In this document: positions 1 to 13,400 of the stretch, one piece after another
How the letters are laid out: every line of letters begins with the position of its first letter
How positions within the stretch are numbered: the stretch's first letter is position 1
Source: Paramoeba atlantica
Lineage: Eukaryota; Protista; Discosea
NCBI GenBank assembly: GCA_977017575.1
Contig: CDRNVI010000004.1
Span: forward strand, 248,001-312,000
Reading direction: 5' to 3'
Length of the DNA: 64,000 nucleotides
The notes under the pieces: model-generated
Database searches by the model: none
The model's input: only the letters and a program-made list of their open reading frames with translations
Told to the model about the DNA's origin: nothing
Made by a program: the position numbers and the translations under genes

Positions 1-77
1 CAAGCTGGAAATACGTTCAAGCAAATCTGCATTTTCCCAGTCTGCGTATTTACCCAACTGATACGGTACACGTACTT
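1..77 (-). pseudogene. Partial RNase H C-half (window edge), same as 4897-4973
   Basis: Sequence identical to the start of the RNase H C-half in the next unit (offset 4896); ends at gtactt 72-77. Confidence 0.85.
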
Positions 78-565
78 CAAATAAAGGCGATAATCGTATG
101 GACTAAACTGCAAATTCAATCATTCTTAATATTTCATATATTTCGTCTGAACTATTACCTGACTTTCCGAGTTACGACTATATACGTTGACAACGCCTGC
201 GTAGCGAAAACTACGAAATTCAGATGAAAAGCTGCCTCCAGTGACTTTACATTCTTTGCTTAATAAAATTCACAAGCTTAAGAACACACTTTTTATAAAG
301 AACACCTACCAAGAATATAAAGAATGAATAATGAGTAAACTATTAAAACAAGCAAAATTCACTCCAAACAAACAAAATTCACTCCTTGGTTCCTCCTATT
401 GTAAAGCATATTGAGAAAAGTACAGACATTAACAGCAGCAATACTCTCCGTGAGCTCTTTATCTGAAATAAGTTAATATCAACTTAGATCATGAGATGAT
501 ATCAACGTAGATGACGGGGAATTTTATCAAATCGAATAGAGGTTGTAAGTGAAAGGAAATTCTGA

Positions 566-3500
566 TTAGTGTTCAAGTCCTCCGAGCCACTGAATTGGTG
601 GAAAGTATTGTCGGAGTTGCGTGGCAATTGTGTACGCGTTCATCTTCTCTATTTCAAGTTGGAACGCTTCTTTGACATCCTTCACGTTTTGTTGTGACCG
701 TTGTGCGAGCGAGACAATGAGAGTTTTCGTGTTGTTGTGCAACTGTCCTAATTCGGTCATTGCCAAGCAGCTGAAACTTTCTTTCGGTATGCCCCCTTGT
801 ACAACGTATTTTTTGTGCTTGCGCTCAAGGGCATTTTGGATTAACTGCTCGACGGAGGTTTTGGCATAGCTCGGGGCACAACTGTGAACTACGGTGACAT
901 CGTAGAGAATTTCTCCGAGATGGGACCACATGATACCGAGATCAGGGCCTGATCGCATACGTCTTGCTCTGCATGGGTGATGTTCAGAGAGCTCTTCGGA
1001 TATGGTGGCCTTACATTTGGTGCAGAAGAATGATGAATGTACTCGAGGTTCTATAACATGGGGCACCCCTGCTTTGGCACACAATTCACCTAGGAAACAG
1101 ACTAATCGTGTGTGCTTCTTCGTTGCATTTATCCCACAGCATTGTGTACATCCAGGAATGTGCTGGAAGATGGTATCAGAAGAATATTCTGTCAGGCATC
1201 CCGGGCATACCACACTCTTAGGCATATTTTCTGGCACTATTCCCAGGCGCATCATTATACAGAAACGGAAGAGGTACGGATTGATGTAGTTGCTGGTTGA
1301 TTGCAGGTGGTGAAATGATGCGGATCCTCGCTCCATTAGTTCTTTGAGGCGCATGTCCTTTCTCAGCTCGGTTGCAAATCGTTTTTGTTCAGATCGTATT
1401 GCTTTCATGACTAATCGCTTGGAAGTATCATTCTTCTGGCTGTCACGTTCGTTCAGAGCCCTGTTTCGCTTGGATCCCGCTATGACCACCGGAGCGTTAT
1501 TGGTTTTGGATTGCTCTTCAATGGCTTTGCGAGACGCTTGGAAAAAGTGCTTTTGCTTCAAACATGACGGAGTAAGTCCGAGTCCGCCGAGATATTGCGG
1601 AAGTGTGGCGAGTTTTGCAGTAGGGCCCGTTGCATTAAACCAATGCTGAATACTGCCTACTTCCGCGTCGAACTGCTGGGCGATTTCAAGGGATGCTTCG
1701 GGCTTGTGTACTCGGAGGTGATAGTCTTGACGGGGGATGGTGCACCGATTCAGAATTGCGAGGGATAGGTTGCTCGGTCCCATGAGTCGAAGACGGCGAA
1801 AGAGACACTTGTGTTTGTCCATCTTTTTCTTTAGGCATTCACTTACCATCTCGTCCTGTCCGATATATGCACCTAGAATTTTCACTGTTTCTTGCGGGCA
1901 GGCTACCCCCATCGCTTGCAGAGTTTGGGGCGTCCATGGAGTGTCTGTTTTCTTGAACCATTCGCATTTCTGGAAGTTCATTTCCAGTCCCAGAAGTCGT
2001 GAAGATTCGTGCAGGTGTAGAAAGGCGGTCTGCAAGGATAGGGGATTTGTTGATGACAAGGTTATGTCGTCCATGTACGCTCGAACCGTTACATCTGGAA
2101 AGGACTCTTCGATTTCTTTGAGCGAATCCTGTATCAGGGCACAGAAGTATAGTGACGAAAGCGCTGAGCCCTGTCGAACGCCAGAAGTGCTCTTCACGAT
2201 CGAATGGAGCGAGTTATTGGCAAAGAAGAGCAGATCAGACGAGTCCCCGTACTCAAGATTAAAAATCCGCATGAAAGGTTTGAAGATGCCGTCTTTCTTG
2301 AGTGCTTCGAAGATTGCTTGACGCGTGGGGGTATTGTAGGCATTCTTATAATCGATCGCCAAGATGGCGTGTCCCTTGTCATATTCATCGAGCACCTCGT
2401 GAACAATTCCCTCGCACGCATTCTTTTGGAGGATCCCTCTTTGGACAGGCTGGAAAAATTTCTTCAGTTTCTCTTCGTTCCTGTTTAGAAGGATCGAGCC
2501 ACATACTTTCAATAGAGTCTCCCCAATTGCAATCGGTCGTATTCCGTTCTGCGGTTTGTTGATGGCCATTAGTCGACATCGTGTCAGTCTGTCACGCACC
2601 GACGATGCGATCTCCCCGTTCACTACATCGCGTAACATATGGCAGAGCGCGGTGCTGGATTCCTCGTCATCCGCAAGTAGGCGCAACATGGCTTCACTCA
2701 ATCCCGTAGGGCCCGGGGAAGCTCCCGGAGCCAGTTTCTCTATCGCGGCCCGAAGTTCGTGTTTTTCGATGATTCCTGTTCGGGGGTCTACGTCCGTCTG
2801 AGCTTGTGGGCGCTCTCCATCGGGATGTTAGTTAGTTAGTTATTATCCAGCCATTTGTCTGCGAACAGATGTGGCTGCCTCACTTCACGCGTAGGTCGCG
2901 TTGCCGGTGCTCCACGCGGGGAGTAATCTTCTAGCACGAGAGCGGTTGGCTCAATCATATAAGAAGACACCGGACTTTAGACAGACATTACCCTAGTTAT
3001 TTGATGCCTTGTTTTATTGGCATTGGGGAAATCCATCTATAGGAAAGGTGTAATGCCCTAGTTCTTTAGCATCTTGCTATTTTGATGCCGGGTACCTCCT
3101 TTCGTAAGCTTTCTAGTTCGCTTACATATTGTACGCATCTATACCAATATCGTATGTAATTCTGTATTGTTAGATAACGTTCCAACAAGGTACAGTCCAT
3201 CGGGATGTAGACTCTTGAGCTCCGCTACTTTCTCCTCAACGCTAAGGTTCGAGTCAAAATATACGTTGTCGAGGATACGCGTAGCTTTGCTTAGGTTACC
3301 AGCCCTAGCCGTTCGAAGCGCACTGCGGATTGATCGGCGGTCGACTTCACGTTCAAGTTTCTCGTCAGGTGAGGAGAACGCCGGCTCCTCGTTGCGCAAT
3401 TTGTTTGGCACATGATACTTCCGCTGGATCGCTTGTCGCACAGTGGTGAGTGAGTCGCGGGGTGCGTTTAGAAACTTGTGCCAGACGGATGTTTTCTCTG

Positions 3501-4515
3501 TTATAAGCTTGAGCGTGGGATATCCTCGCAGGATTGATCTAAAGATTGCTATGACGTGAGCGGCAAACGTGGGGTCGATGTGGGCGAGTGGGGGAAGAGG
3601 CTCCAAGTCGCATCCCGTGTCACAATCTTGTGTTTCTTCGATATCCAAAAATGGCGTTTGTGTCACAATACGGTTGAGCTTTACCACCCGTAATCGGAAG
3701 ATGTTAATCTTGTGAGATGCAGGTAGATATAGAAATCCTGATGGACCTGGCTGATGCTGCGGTGTGTAGGAAATCTTTACCCTGATTGCACCTTTTCTAG
3801 AATGTCGCGTAACAACTTCTCCAATCGACTGATAAATCTCACTGCTGTGGCGGAATTTCCAATGTAGCTCGCAAGTAGTTCCTTTTCCCCAGTCGTTGAT
3901 TATCTTTAGTATTTGGTCCGGAGCTTTCATTGTTTCTTCGGCGACCTCGGCCACCCGATCGTCCTCCGAGATGTCTGATCCTGATGCAGATGAGCTCTCC
4001 GATCCTTCGTCATGTGACATGTCCGCTTGTCCGAGGTTCGCCTTCGTTAGATCAGAGCTACGGAGTATCACTTTTACCTTTTTCGGAGTTTTCTTCAGTC
4101 GTGTCTCTTTTCTGATCTTAATTTTCAAGGATGACTCTCCAGTTTGACTTCTTCGTAGAATTTCATTTCTCCGAACACTGGCAAAAGCGGTTTCCTCGTC
4201 TTTCGTGTTGTGGCGGCCGTGGTCTGACGTTGGGTTTTTCTCGATGCTTTGCGCTTTGTGTTCCATCTTCTTTTGCCAGTTGAGGGGAATATGCTGTGGA
4301 ATGGGGGTTGTGTACATGAGGTCGTCGTACGTGCTAGCGTCTTGGATGAGTTTCTTGTTTGCCTCAAACTGGTCCCATGATCCAATCTCGTGTCTATTCG
4401 CTTGTTCCGTAAAGTTCAAGTTGTGCTCCTTTACGCCAGTGGACCTCACTGCTGCAGTGTTCTGCTGCTGATGCGACGGCGTGCCTTGCGCCGCCCTCGG
4501 GGGAGGTTCTGACAT
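566..4515 (-). pseudogene. Family A RT/RLE ORF split into 3139-4515 and 566-2701 by insertion
   Basis: Both ORFs match the intact 1190-aa ORF at 14796-18368; break lies at the duplicated tccatcgggatgt. Confidence 0.92.
2829..3195 (-). mobile_element. 367-bp SL-headed SINE-like or retroposed RNA
   Basis: 13-bp TSD tccatcgggatgt (2816-2828 / 3196-3208; single at 17047); starts CTGTACCTTGTTG, ends in terminal hairpin plus (TAAC)n tail. Confidence 0.85.
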
Positions 4516-4545
4516 AAAAGAAAGAAAAGCAAAGTAGTAAAAATT

Positions 4546-4561
4546 CAACAAGGTACAGAAA
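4546..4561 (-). other. Spliced-leader-like remnant TTTCTGTACCTTGTTG
   Basis: 14/16 match to kinetoplastid SL 3' end TTTCTGTACTTTATTG; also at 9442-9457, 18399-18414, 27356-27371, 60488-60502, 3183-3195, 8079-8091. Confidence 0.75.
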
Positions 4562-4973
4562 TAATAATAATAATAATAATAATAATATACCACTTTCTGA
4601 CTAAGTGGCTAAGTGTTCGACTATTATGACAAAGAAATGTTGACATTATCTTTCGCTACTCCTAAATGCCGCTTACAACAGGAATATAGACATGAGGCCT
4701 TATCACGGCACTTATGGCCGCATTCGGCCGTAGAATTTATAACTCTACACGCTGTGGTTGAGGGATTCACTGGTTCACGCACGAGTTCGACTGCTGCCTC
4801 GTTCGCTAGTTTGTCCACGAGTTCATTCATAAAGTTTCCGCTATGAGCTCGAACTTTCACTACGAAAATCTTGTATTTCTTCAAAATCGAACGGGCCAAG
4901 CTGGAAATACGTTCAAGCAAATCTGCATTTTCCCAGTCTGCGTATTTACCCAACTGATACGGTACACGTACTT
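4562..4973 (-). pseudogene. RNase H C-half with Cys/His cluster, 3' hairpin and (TAT)n tail
   Basis: ENADLL..VKVRAHSGNFMNELVDKLA is the RNase H1-type C-terminal motif; ccactt/aagtgg hairpin before the tail. Confidence 0.85.
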
Positions 4974-7900
4974 CAAATAAAGGCGATAATCGTATGGACT
5001 AAACTGCAAATTCAATCATTCTTAATATTTCATATATTTCGTCTGAACTATTACCTGACTTTCCGAGTTACGACTATATACGTTGACAACGCCTGCGTAG
5101 CGAAAACTACGAAATTCAGATGAAAAGCTGCCTCCAGTGACTTTACATTCTTTGCTTAATAAAATTCACAAGCTTAAGAACACACTTTTTATAAAGAACA
5201 CCTACCAAGAATATAAAGAATGAATAATGAGTAAACTATTAAAACAAGCAAAATTCACTCCAAACAAACAAAATTCACTCCTTGGTTCCTCCTATTGTAA
5301 AGCATATTGAGAAAAGTACAGACATTAACAGCAGCAATACTCTCCGTGAGCTCTTTATCTGAAATAAGTTAATATCAACTTAGATCATGAGATGATATCA
5401 ACGTAGATGACGGGGAATTTTATCAAATCGAATAGAGGTTGTAAGTGAAAGGAAATTCTGATTAGTGTTCAAGTCCTCCGAGCCACTGAATTGGTGGAAA
5501 GTATTGTCGGAGTTGCGTGGCAATTGTGTACGCGTTCATCTTCTCTATTTCAAGTTGGAACGCTTCTTTGACATCCTTCACGTTTTGTTGTGACCGTTGT
5601 GCGAGCGAGACAATGAGAGTTTTCGTGTTGTTGTGCAACTGTCCTAATTCGGTCATTGCCAAGCAGCTGAAACTTTCTTTCGGTATGCCCCCTTGTACAA
5701 CGTATTTTTTGTGCTTGCGCTCAAGGGCATTTTGGATTAACTGCTCGACGGAGGTTTTGGCATAGCTCGGGGCACAACTGTGAACTACGGTGACATCGTA
5801 GAGAATTTCTCCGAGATGGGACCACATGATACCGAGATCAGGGCCTGATCGCATACGTCTTGCTCTGCATGGGTGATGTTCAGAGAGCTCTTCGGATATG
5901 GTGGCCTTACATTTGGTGCAGAAGAATGATGAATGTACTCGAGGTTCTATAACATGGGGCACCCCTGCTTTGGCACACAATTCACCTAGGAAACAGACTA
6001 ATCGTGTGTGCTTCTTCGTTGCATTTATCCCACAGCATTGTGTACATCCAGGAATGTGCTGGAAGATGGTATCAGAAGAATATTCTGTCAGGCATCCCGG
6101 GCATACCACACTCTTAGGCATATTTTCTGGCACTATTCCCAGGCGCATCATTATACAGAAACGGAAGAGGTACGGATTGATGTAGTTGCTGGTTGATTGC
6201 AGGTGGTGAAATGATGCGGATCCTCGCTCCATTAGTTCTTTGAGGCGCATGTCCTTTCTCAGCTCGGTTGCAAATCGTTTTTGTTCAGATCGTATTGCTT
6301 TCATGACTAATCGCTTGGAAGTATCATTCTTCTGGCTGTCACGTTCGTTCAGAGCCCTGTTTCGCTTGGATCCCGCTATGACCACCGGAGCGTTATTGGT
6401 TTTGGATTGCTCTTCAATGGCTTTGCGAGACGCTTGGAAAAAGTGCTTTTGCTTCAAACATGACGGAGTAAGTCCGAGTCCGCCGAGATATTGCGGAAGT
6501 GTGGCGAGTTTTGCAGTAGGGCCCGTTGCATTAAACCAATGCTGAATACTGCCTACTTCCGCGTCGAACTGCTGGGCGATTTCAAGGGATGCTTCGGGCT
6601 TGTGTACTCGGAGGTGATAGTCTTGACGGGGGATGGCGCACCGATTCAGAATTGCGAGGGATAGGTTGCTCGGTCCCATGAGTCGAAGACGGCGAAAGAG
6701 ACACTTGTGTTTGTCCATCTTTTTCTTTAGGCATTCACTTACCATCTCGTCCTGTCCGATATATGCACCTAGAATTTTCACTGTTTCTTGCGGGAAGGCT
6801 ACCCCCATCGCTTGCAGAGTTTGGGGCGTCCATGGAGTGTCTGTTTTCTTGAACCATTCGCATTTCTGGAAGTTCATTTCCAGTCCCAGAAGTCGTGAAG
6901 ATTCGTGCAGGTGTAGAAAGGCGGTCTGCAAGGATAGGGGATTTGTTGATGACAAGGTTATGTCGTCCATGTACGCTCGAACCGTTACATCTGGAAAGGA
7001 CTCTTCGATTTCTTTGAGCGAATCCTGTATCAGGGCACAGAAGTATAGTGACGAAAGCGCTGAGCCCTGTCGAACGCCAGAAGTGCTCTTCACGATCGAA
7101 TGGAGCGAGTTATTGGCAAAGAAGAGCAGATCAGACGAGTCCCCGTACTCAAGATTAAAAATCCGCATGAAAGGTTTGAAGATGCCGTCTTTCTTGAGTG
7201 CTTCGAAGATTGCTTGACGCGTGGGGGTATTGTAGGCATTCTTATAATCGATCGCCAAGATGGCGTGTCCCTTGTCATATTCATCGAGCACCTCGTGAAC
7301 AATTCCCTCGCACGCATTCTTTTGGAGGATCCCTCTTTGGACAGGCTGGAAAAATTTCTTCAGTTTCTCTTCGTTCCTGTTTAGAAGGATCGAGCCACAT
7401 ACTTTCAATAGAGTCTCCCCAATTGCAATCGGTCGTATTCCGTTCTGCGGTTTGTTGATGGCCATTAGTCGACATCGTGTCAGTCTGTCACGCACCGACG
7501 ATGCGATCTCCCCGTTCACTACATCGCGTAACATATGGCAGAGCGCGGTGCTGGATTCCTCGTCATCCGCAAGTAGGCGCAACATGGCTTCACTCAATCC
7601 CGTAGGGCCCGGGGAAGCTCCCGGAGCCAGTTTCTCTATCGCGGCCCGAAGTTCGTGTTTTTCGATGATTCCTGTTCGGGGGTCTACGTCCGTCTGAGCT
7701 TGTGGGCGCTCTCCATCGGGATGTTAGTTAGTTAGTTATTATCCAGCCATTTGTCTGCGAACAGATGTGGCTGCCTCACTTCACGCGTAGGTCGCGTTGC
7801 CGGTGCTCCACGCGGGGAGTAATCTTCTAGCACGAGAGCGGTTGGCTCAATCATATAAGAAGACACCGGACTTTAGACAGACATTACCCTAGTTATTTGA

Positions 7901-9457
7901 TGCCTTGTTTTATTGGCATTGGGGAAATCCATCTATAGGAAAGGTGTAATGCCCTAGTTCTTTAGCATCTTGCTATTTTGATGCCGGGTACCTCCTTTCG
8001 TAAGCTTTCTAGTTCGCTTACATATTGTACGCATCTATACCAATATCGTATGTAATTCTGTATTGTTAGATAACGTTCCAACAAGGTACAGTCCATCGGG
8101 ATGTAGACTCTTGAGCTCCGCTACTTTCTCCTCAACGCTAAGGTTCGAGTCAAAATATACGTTGTCGAGGATACGCGTAGCTTTGCTTAGGTTACCAGCC
8201 CTAGCCGTTCGAAGCGCACTGCGGATTGATCGGCGGTCGACTTCACGTTCAAGTTTCTCGTCAGGTGAGGAGAACGCCGGCTCCTCGTTGCGCAATTTGT
8301 TTGGCACATGATACTTCCGCTGGATCGCTTGTCGCACAGTGGTGAGTGAGTCGCGGGGTGCGTTTAGAAACTTGTGCCAGACGGATGTTTTCTCTGTTAT
8401 AAGCTTGAGCGTGGGATATCCTCGCAGGATTGATCTAAAGATTGCTATGACGTGAGCGGCAAACGTGGGGTCGATGTGGGCGAGTGGGGGAAGAGGCTCC
8501 AAGTCGCATCCCGTGTCACAATCTTGTGTTTCTTCGATATCCAAAAATGGCGTTTGTGTCACAATACGGTTGAGCTTTACCACCCGTAATCGGAAGATGT
8601 TAATCTTGTGAGATGCAGGTAGATATAGAAATCCTGATGGACCTGGCTGATGCTGCGGTGTGTAGGAAATCTTTACCCTGATTGCACCTTTTCTAGAATG
8701 TCGCGTAACAACTTCTCCAATCGACTGATAAATCTCACTGCTGTGGCGGAATTTCCAATGTAGCTCGCAAGTAGTTCCTTTTCCCCAGTCGTTGATTATC
8801 TTTAGTATTTGGTCCGGAGCTTTCATTGTTTCTTCGGCGACCTCGGCCACCCGATCGTCCTCCGAGATGTCTGATCCTGATGCAGATGAGCTCTCCGATC
8901 CTTCGTCATGTGACATGTCCGCTTGTCCGAGGTTCGCCTTCGTTAGATCAGAGCTACGGAGTATCACTTTTACCTTTTTCGGAGTTTTCTTCAGTCGTGT
9001 CTCTTTTCTGATCTTAATTTTCAAGGATGACTCTCCAGTTTGACTTCTTCGTAGAATTTCATTTCTCCGAACACTGGCAAAAGCGGTTTCCTCGTCTTTC
9101 GTGTTGTGGCGGCCGTGGTCTGACGTTGGGTTTTTCTCGATGCTTTGCGCTTTGTGTTCCATCTTCTTTTGCCAGTTGAGGGGAATATGCTGTGGAATGG
9201 GGGTTGTGTACATGAGGTCGTCGTACGTGCTAGCGTCTTGGATGAGTTTCTTGTTTGCCTCAAACTGGTCCCATGATCCAATCTCGTGTCTATTCGCTTG
9301 TTCCGTAAAGTTCAAGTTGTGCTCCTTTACGCCAGTGGACCTCACTGCTGCAGTGTTCTGCTGCTGATGCGACGGCGTGCCTTGCGCCGCCCTCGGGGGA
9401 GGTTCTGACATAAAAGAAAGAAAAGCAAAGTAGTAAAAATTCAACAAGGTACAGAAA
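4974..9457 (-). mobile_element. Family A copy 2 (interrupted by the same 367-bp insert)
   Basis: Near-identical to copy 1 at offset 4893-4896; ORF pieces 8035-9486 and 5462-7597. Confidence 0.9.
7725..8091 (-). mobile_element. 367-bp SL-headed SINE-like insert, copy 2
   Basis: Identical to 2829-3195; TSD 7712-7724 / 8092-8104. Confidence 0.85.
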
Positions 9458-9866
9458 TAATAATAATAATAATAATAATATACCACTTTCTGACTAAGTG
9501 GCTAAGTGTTCGACTATTATGACAAAGAAATGTTGACATTATCTTTCGCTACTCCTAAATGCCGCTTACAACAGGAATGTAGACATGAGGCCTTATCACG
9601 GCACTTATGGCCGCATTCGGCCGTAGAATTTATAACTCTACACGCTGTGGTTGAGGGATTCACTGGTTCACGCACGAGTTCGACTGCTGCCTCGTTCGCT
9701 AGTTTGTCCACGAGTTCATTCATAAAGTTTCCGCTATGAGCTCGAACTTTCACTACGAAAATCTTGTATTTCTTCAAAATCGAACGGGCCAAGCTGGAAA
9801 TACGTTCAAGCAAATCTGCATTTTCCCAGTCTGCGTATTTACCCAACTGATACGGTACACGTACTT
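9458..9866 (-). pseudogene. RNase H C-half with (TAT)n tail
   Basis: ORF 9517-9846; same as 4562-4973 with one Y/H change and a shorter ATT run. Confidence 0.85.
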
Positions 9867-10255
9867 CAAATAAAGGCGATAATCGTATGGACTAAACTGC
9901 AAATTCAATCATTCTTAATATTTCATATATTTCGTCTGAACTATTACCTGACTTTCCGAGTTACGACTATATACGTTGACAACGCCTGCGTAGCGAAAAC
10001 TACGAAATTCAGATGAAAAGCTGCCTCCAGTGACTTTACATTCTTTGCTTAATAAAATTCACAAGCTTAAGAACACACTTTTTATAAAGAACACACTTTT
10101 TATAAAGAACACCTACCAAGAATATAAAGAATGAATAATGAGTAAACTATTAAAACAAGCAAAATTCACTCCAAACAAACAAAATTCACTCCTTGGTTCC
10201 TCCTATTGTAAAGCATATTGAGAAAAGTACAGACATTAACAGCAGCAATACTCTC

Positions 10256-10330
10256 TTAACAAAAAGAAGGGTCTTAACAAAAAGAAGGGTCTTAACAAAA
10301 AGAAGGGTCTTAACAAAAGTCTTAACAAAA
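10256..10330 (-). repeat. 18-bp tandem repeat tail (TTAAGACCCTTCTTTTTG)x3 plus a short unit
   Basis: Read directly; related to the 60504-60897 unit; repeated at 19213-19287. Confidence 0.9.
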
Positions 10331-10436
10331 GCCCGTGGAGCGCATATATTATATACGCGCCGATTACTATCAAATGTTCACATTCTAATAAACTAATATC
10401 CCTTTCTTTTCTTAAGAAGTATTTGAGATGACAAGC

Positions 10437-13400
10437 TTAAAAACTCGTCTCAGTGTATTGGTCGTGAGCTAGAAACTGGCGGAGTTGAGCGTGGAGGATA
10501 CTTCCTGCCTGTTCCTGGTGGAGTAGCGTAAATGTTTCCATTACGCTGTGTCTCTCTAGCCCGCAACGGTCCGCAATAGCCCACAGGAGATTTCGAGTGG
10601 CGTTGTGCATGGAACCGCAGGACAGAACAGGGATACATTCAAAGCATTCCTTGTTTATCATGCCACTGTCAACATAGCGTACACGCTTGCGCTTTATCGC
10701 TTCGTTCATGAGGAATGTCGTATTGTGTTTGATATTCGAGGGAGCCAGTTCGTGAACTACTGTGAGGTCGTAGTATTTCTCTCCTGAAGCCCATTGAATT
10801 GCGAGGTCGGGGCCCGTGCGACGCAGAGTACTTCCAACACATGTCCTGGCATGTTCCGTTTTGTTTTCAGGGTGGATCGTGGCTGCGCACGCAGAGCACT
10901 CATAGTAACTGAACTGACGAGGTTCACGTTCACACGGCAAGCCAGCTCGGAGGCATAGCTCGTAAAGGTAGCGAACAAGGGCATGATGCTTCGTAGTTAC
11001 ATTGTGTCCTGCACATTTGACGCATCCAGGTATGTGGGTTAGCGCTTCCGAGGAGCTTAGCAGCTTTTTGCATCCCGGGCATAGCAACGAGTTTGGCAGT
11101 TGTGGGTGGCTTATTTTTAGTCGTGACATGATGTTTAGCGTGTAGATGTGCGAAGGAATGATTTTGCGATTCCCGATAGGCCATTCATAGCTCCCTTTCT
11201 TGCTGCAAGCTTTAATCGTCGGAGCCCACTCCTTGTTTTTGAGAAGATTTGTCTGGATTTCTGTGGCTCTTTTGGTCTCCGTCACCACCTCGTCCTCAGG
11301 TGTCTTATGTGATTCCTCCAACGTCCCTGCAGGTGCTGGCGGTTCCATGCGCTGTGCCATCCGAGCTGAAAAGGATTTTTGATGCTCAAAAACGGCATGT
11401 CGCGATGAAGTGTACGCAGCGTTCCGCAAGGGTTCTGTTGCTGGAATACCCAATCCACCTTTCTTTAAAGGTAGTCTTGCTATCATTTCTTGCTCTGGAC
11501 TCAGAGGTCCCAACCACGATGTGACGACATTCTTGATCTCGTGGTCAAATTTTTGCGCTAGCTCAAGTGAGGCCTCTGGTTTATGTACCCGTACGTGATA
11601 ACGGTGCCGAACGTTTACGCTGCGCGATAGCAAAAGCAGGGACGCGTTGTTGGCACCCATCTTTTTAAGACGTCTGAATATCGTATGGTGTTTTTCCAGC
11701 GTTCGGATTAATTCGGATCCTATGCGCTGTTCCTCCCCAACGAATGCACCCAGTACTTTAATGACTTCGCTCTCTGTACGCACACCTTCTTCTTTGAGTG
11801 TTGATGGAATGGGGGCGTCGCTTTTCCCTTCAAACCAGATGCATTTTTCGTTATTGAGTTGAATTCCTTCAGTGAGAAGCAGGGTTTGTAACCGGTGGTA
11901 TGCCGCCTCGACCTCTTTTCCACTAGGAGAAGTGAGGCTGACGTCGTCGACGTAAGCTAGAACTTTGACGTTTGGAAATTCCTGCGCTATGGTCTCCAAC
12001 ATGGGTTGCAGAAAGCAGCAAAAGAAAACCGTCGACAGTGGGGAGCCTTGACGAACACCTGCATTGCTCTCAAGTACGCTGTACAATGTACCGGTATGTC
12101 CGTAAAAAAGAAGTTCTGAGGCTTCTTTGTATTGCGCCGCAAACACTCTTTGAAAGGGCTTCATTGTGGCGAAACCAAAGACTGCTTTTGCTATTTCGTC
12201 ACGGGATGGAACGTTGAATGCGTTGCGAAAGTCGAGCGATAAAATGACGTGGCCTTGCTCATATAGATCACTGAGATTATGTATTACGCTTTCACAACCG
12301 GATTTGGATAACACTCCTTGTTGAAGGGGCTGGAATAAGGTAGCGAGCGATGATTCGTGTCGAAGTAATAGGACGAGTTCAGCGAGTTTTAGTAGTGTTT
12401 CTCCCATGGCGATTGGACGAACTCCTCCATTTGGCTTTGGAATAGCCACCAATCGAGCTCTTTTCAATCGTCGCATAATGTCGGTAGGCAGCACCCCGTT
12501 GACCAGATCCACTAGCATGTGGCACAAGCTTCTGCAGCATATTTCGTCGTCGATTAGCAGGCGGAGAATGACGTCATTCATCCCGGTCGGACCTGGAGAT
12601 GAACCTTTGGCCAACCGGCGACCAGCAAGTCGAAGTTCCTCGGGCGATATGCAAGCCATTGCCGGCGCATCGGGTGGCAACGTGAAGGTGCAAGGATGCT
12701 TTGGATGTAGTTTCTCCAATTTTTCCAGAATTTCCTGATCTGACGCACTTGTTGTGATCATTTCCCGGTCTAAAATTTTAGTAGCCCTGGATGTCGCACC
12801 CTCCTTTACTAGCCGCATTGCTTTCTTAATGGCTCGATTGTCACCGTTTTCTTCGTGGGTCTTGTTGGTATCGTTGCGTGATCGAAAAGGGCGATTCCTG
12901 CGTCTTCTTTCTGATTCGGCCCGTACGGTCGCCAATGAGAACTTGACTGCCGATAGCAACTTATGCCATATCTGGTTTTTGAGCTTTTGCGGACTATCCG
13001 CGTATTCACGTATGAGGTCTCTGAAAATTGAAATGACACATGGAATGAATTCGGTTTCAATGGTTTTTGTCGTGGGAAGTGGTTCAAAGTCAAGGTCTTC
13101 TTGCGTGTGGCTGGCATTGCTTGCATGAAATACTGGTTCATCCGATGTTTCATTTTCACCTTCCCACACTAAACGGAAAATTCGTACATTAGGTGGCGGT
13201 GGTAAGGTTCCATTGTACTTTTTCCCTCGACAGTGTCCATGTATCCCTTCGTATTCCAGATTAACTTGTCCTGATCCCTTTCTTACTTTAGTCTTGGTGA
13301 CGATTCCTTGTGATATGTTAATAGCCGTTTGTCGATCGAAAGTCCAAGCAACGACGCAGCGCTGACCTACCTTGCTTTTGCATGCCATTTTCCAGATGAT

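Larger units (their letters stand above)
78..4561 (-). mobile_element. CRE/SLACS-like RLE non-LTR retrotransposon, family A copy 1 (interrupted by 367-bp insert)
   Basis: SL-like head 4546-4561, ATG 4515, RT (QGSALS, AYMDD), CCHC finger, RLE (GPDL..YDVTV..K); ~490-nt 3' UTR ending at aagtac junction. Confidence 0.9.

Noticed and set aside
2880-2950. HDV-like ribozyme in the 367-bp insert (ACTCCCCGCGTGGAGCACCGG resembles an L3/P3/P1 core)
   Set aside because: No 7-bp P1, no catalytic C in the J4/2 position, and it sits at the 3' rather than the 5' end
4546-4561. Spliced-leader RNA gene as the CRE target
   Set aside because: No GT donor or SL intron follows any copy of the motif and downstream sequences differ, so these look like spliced junctions, not genes
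4516-4593. N-terminal MVYYYYYYYY extension of family A
   Set aside because: Artefact of a GTG start read through the (TAT)n tail and SL remnant; first ATG is 4515 (18368, 27325 in the other copies)
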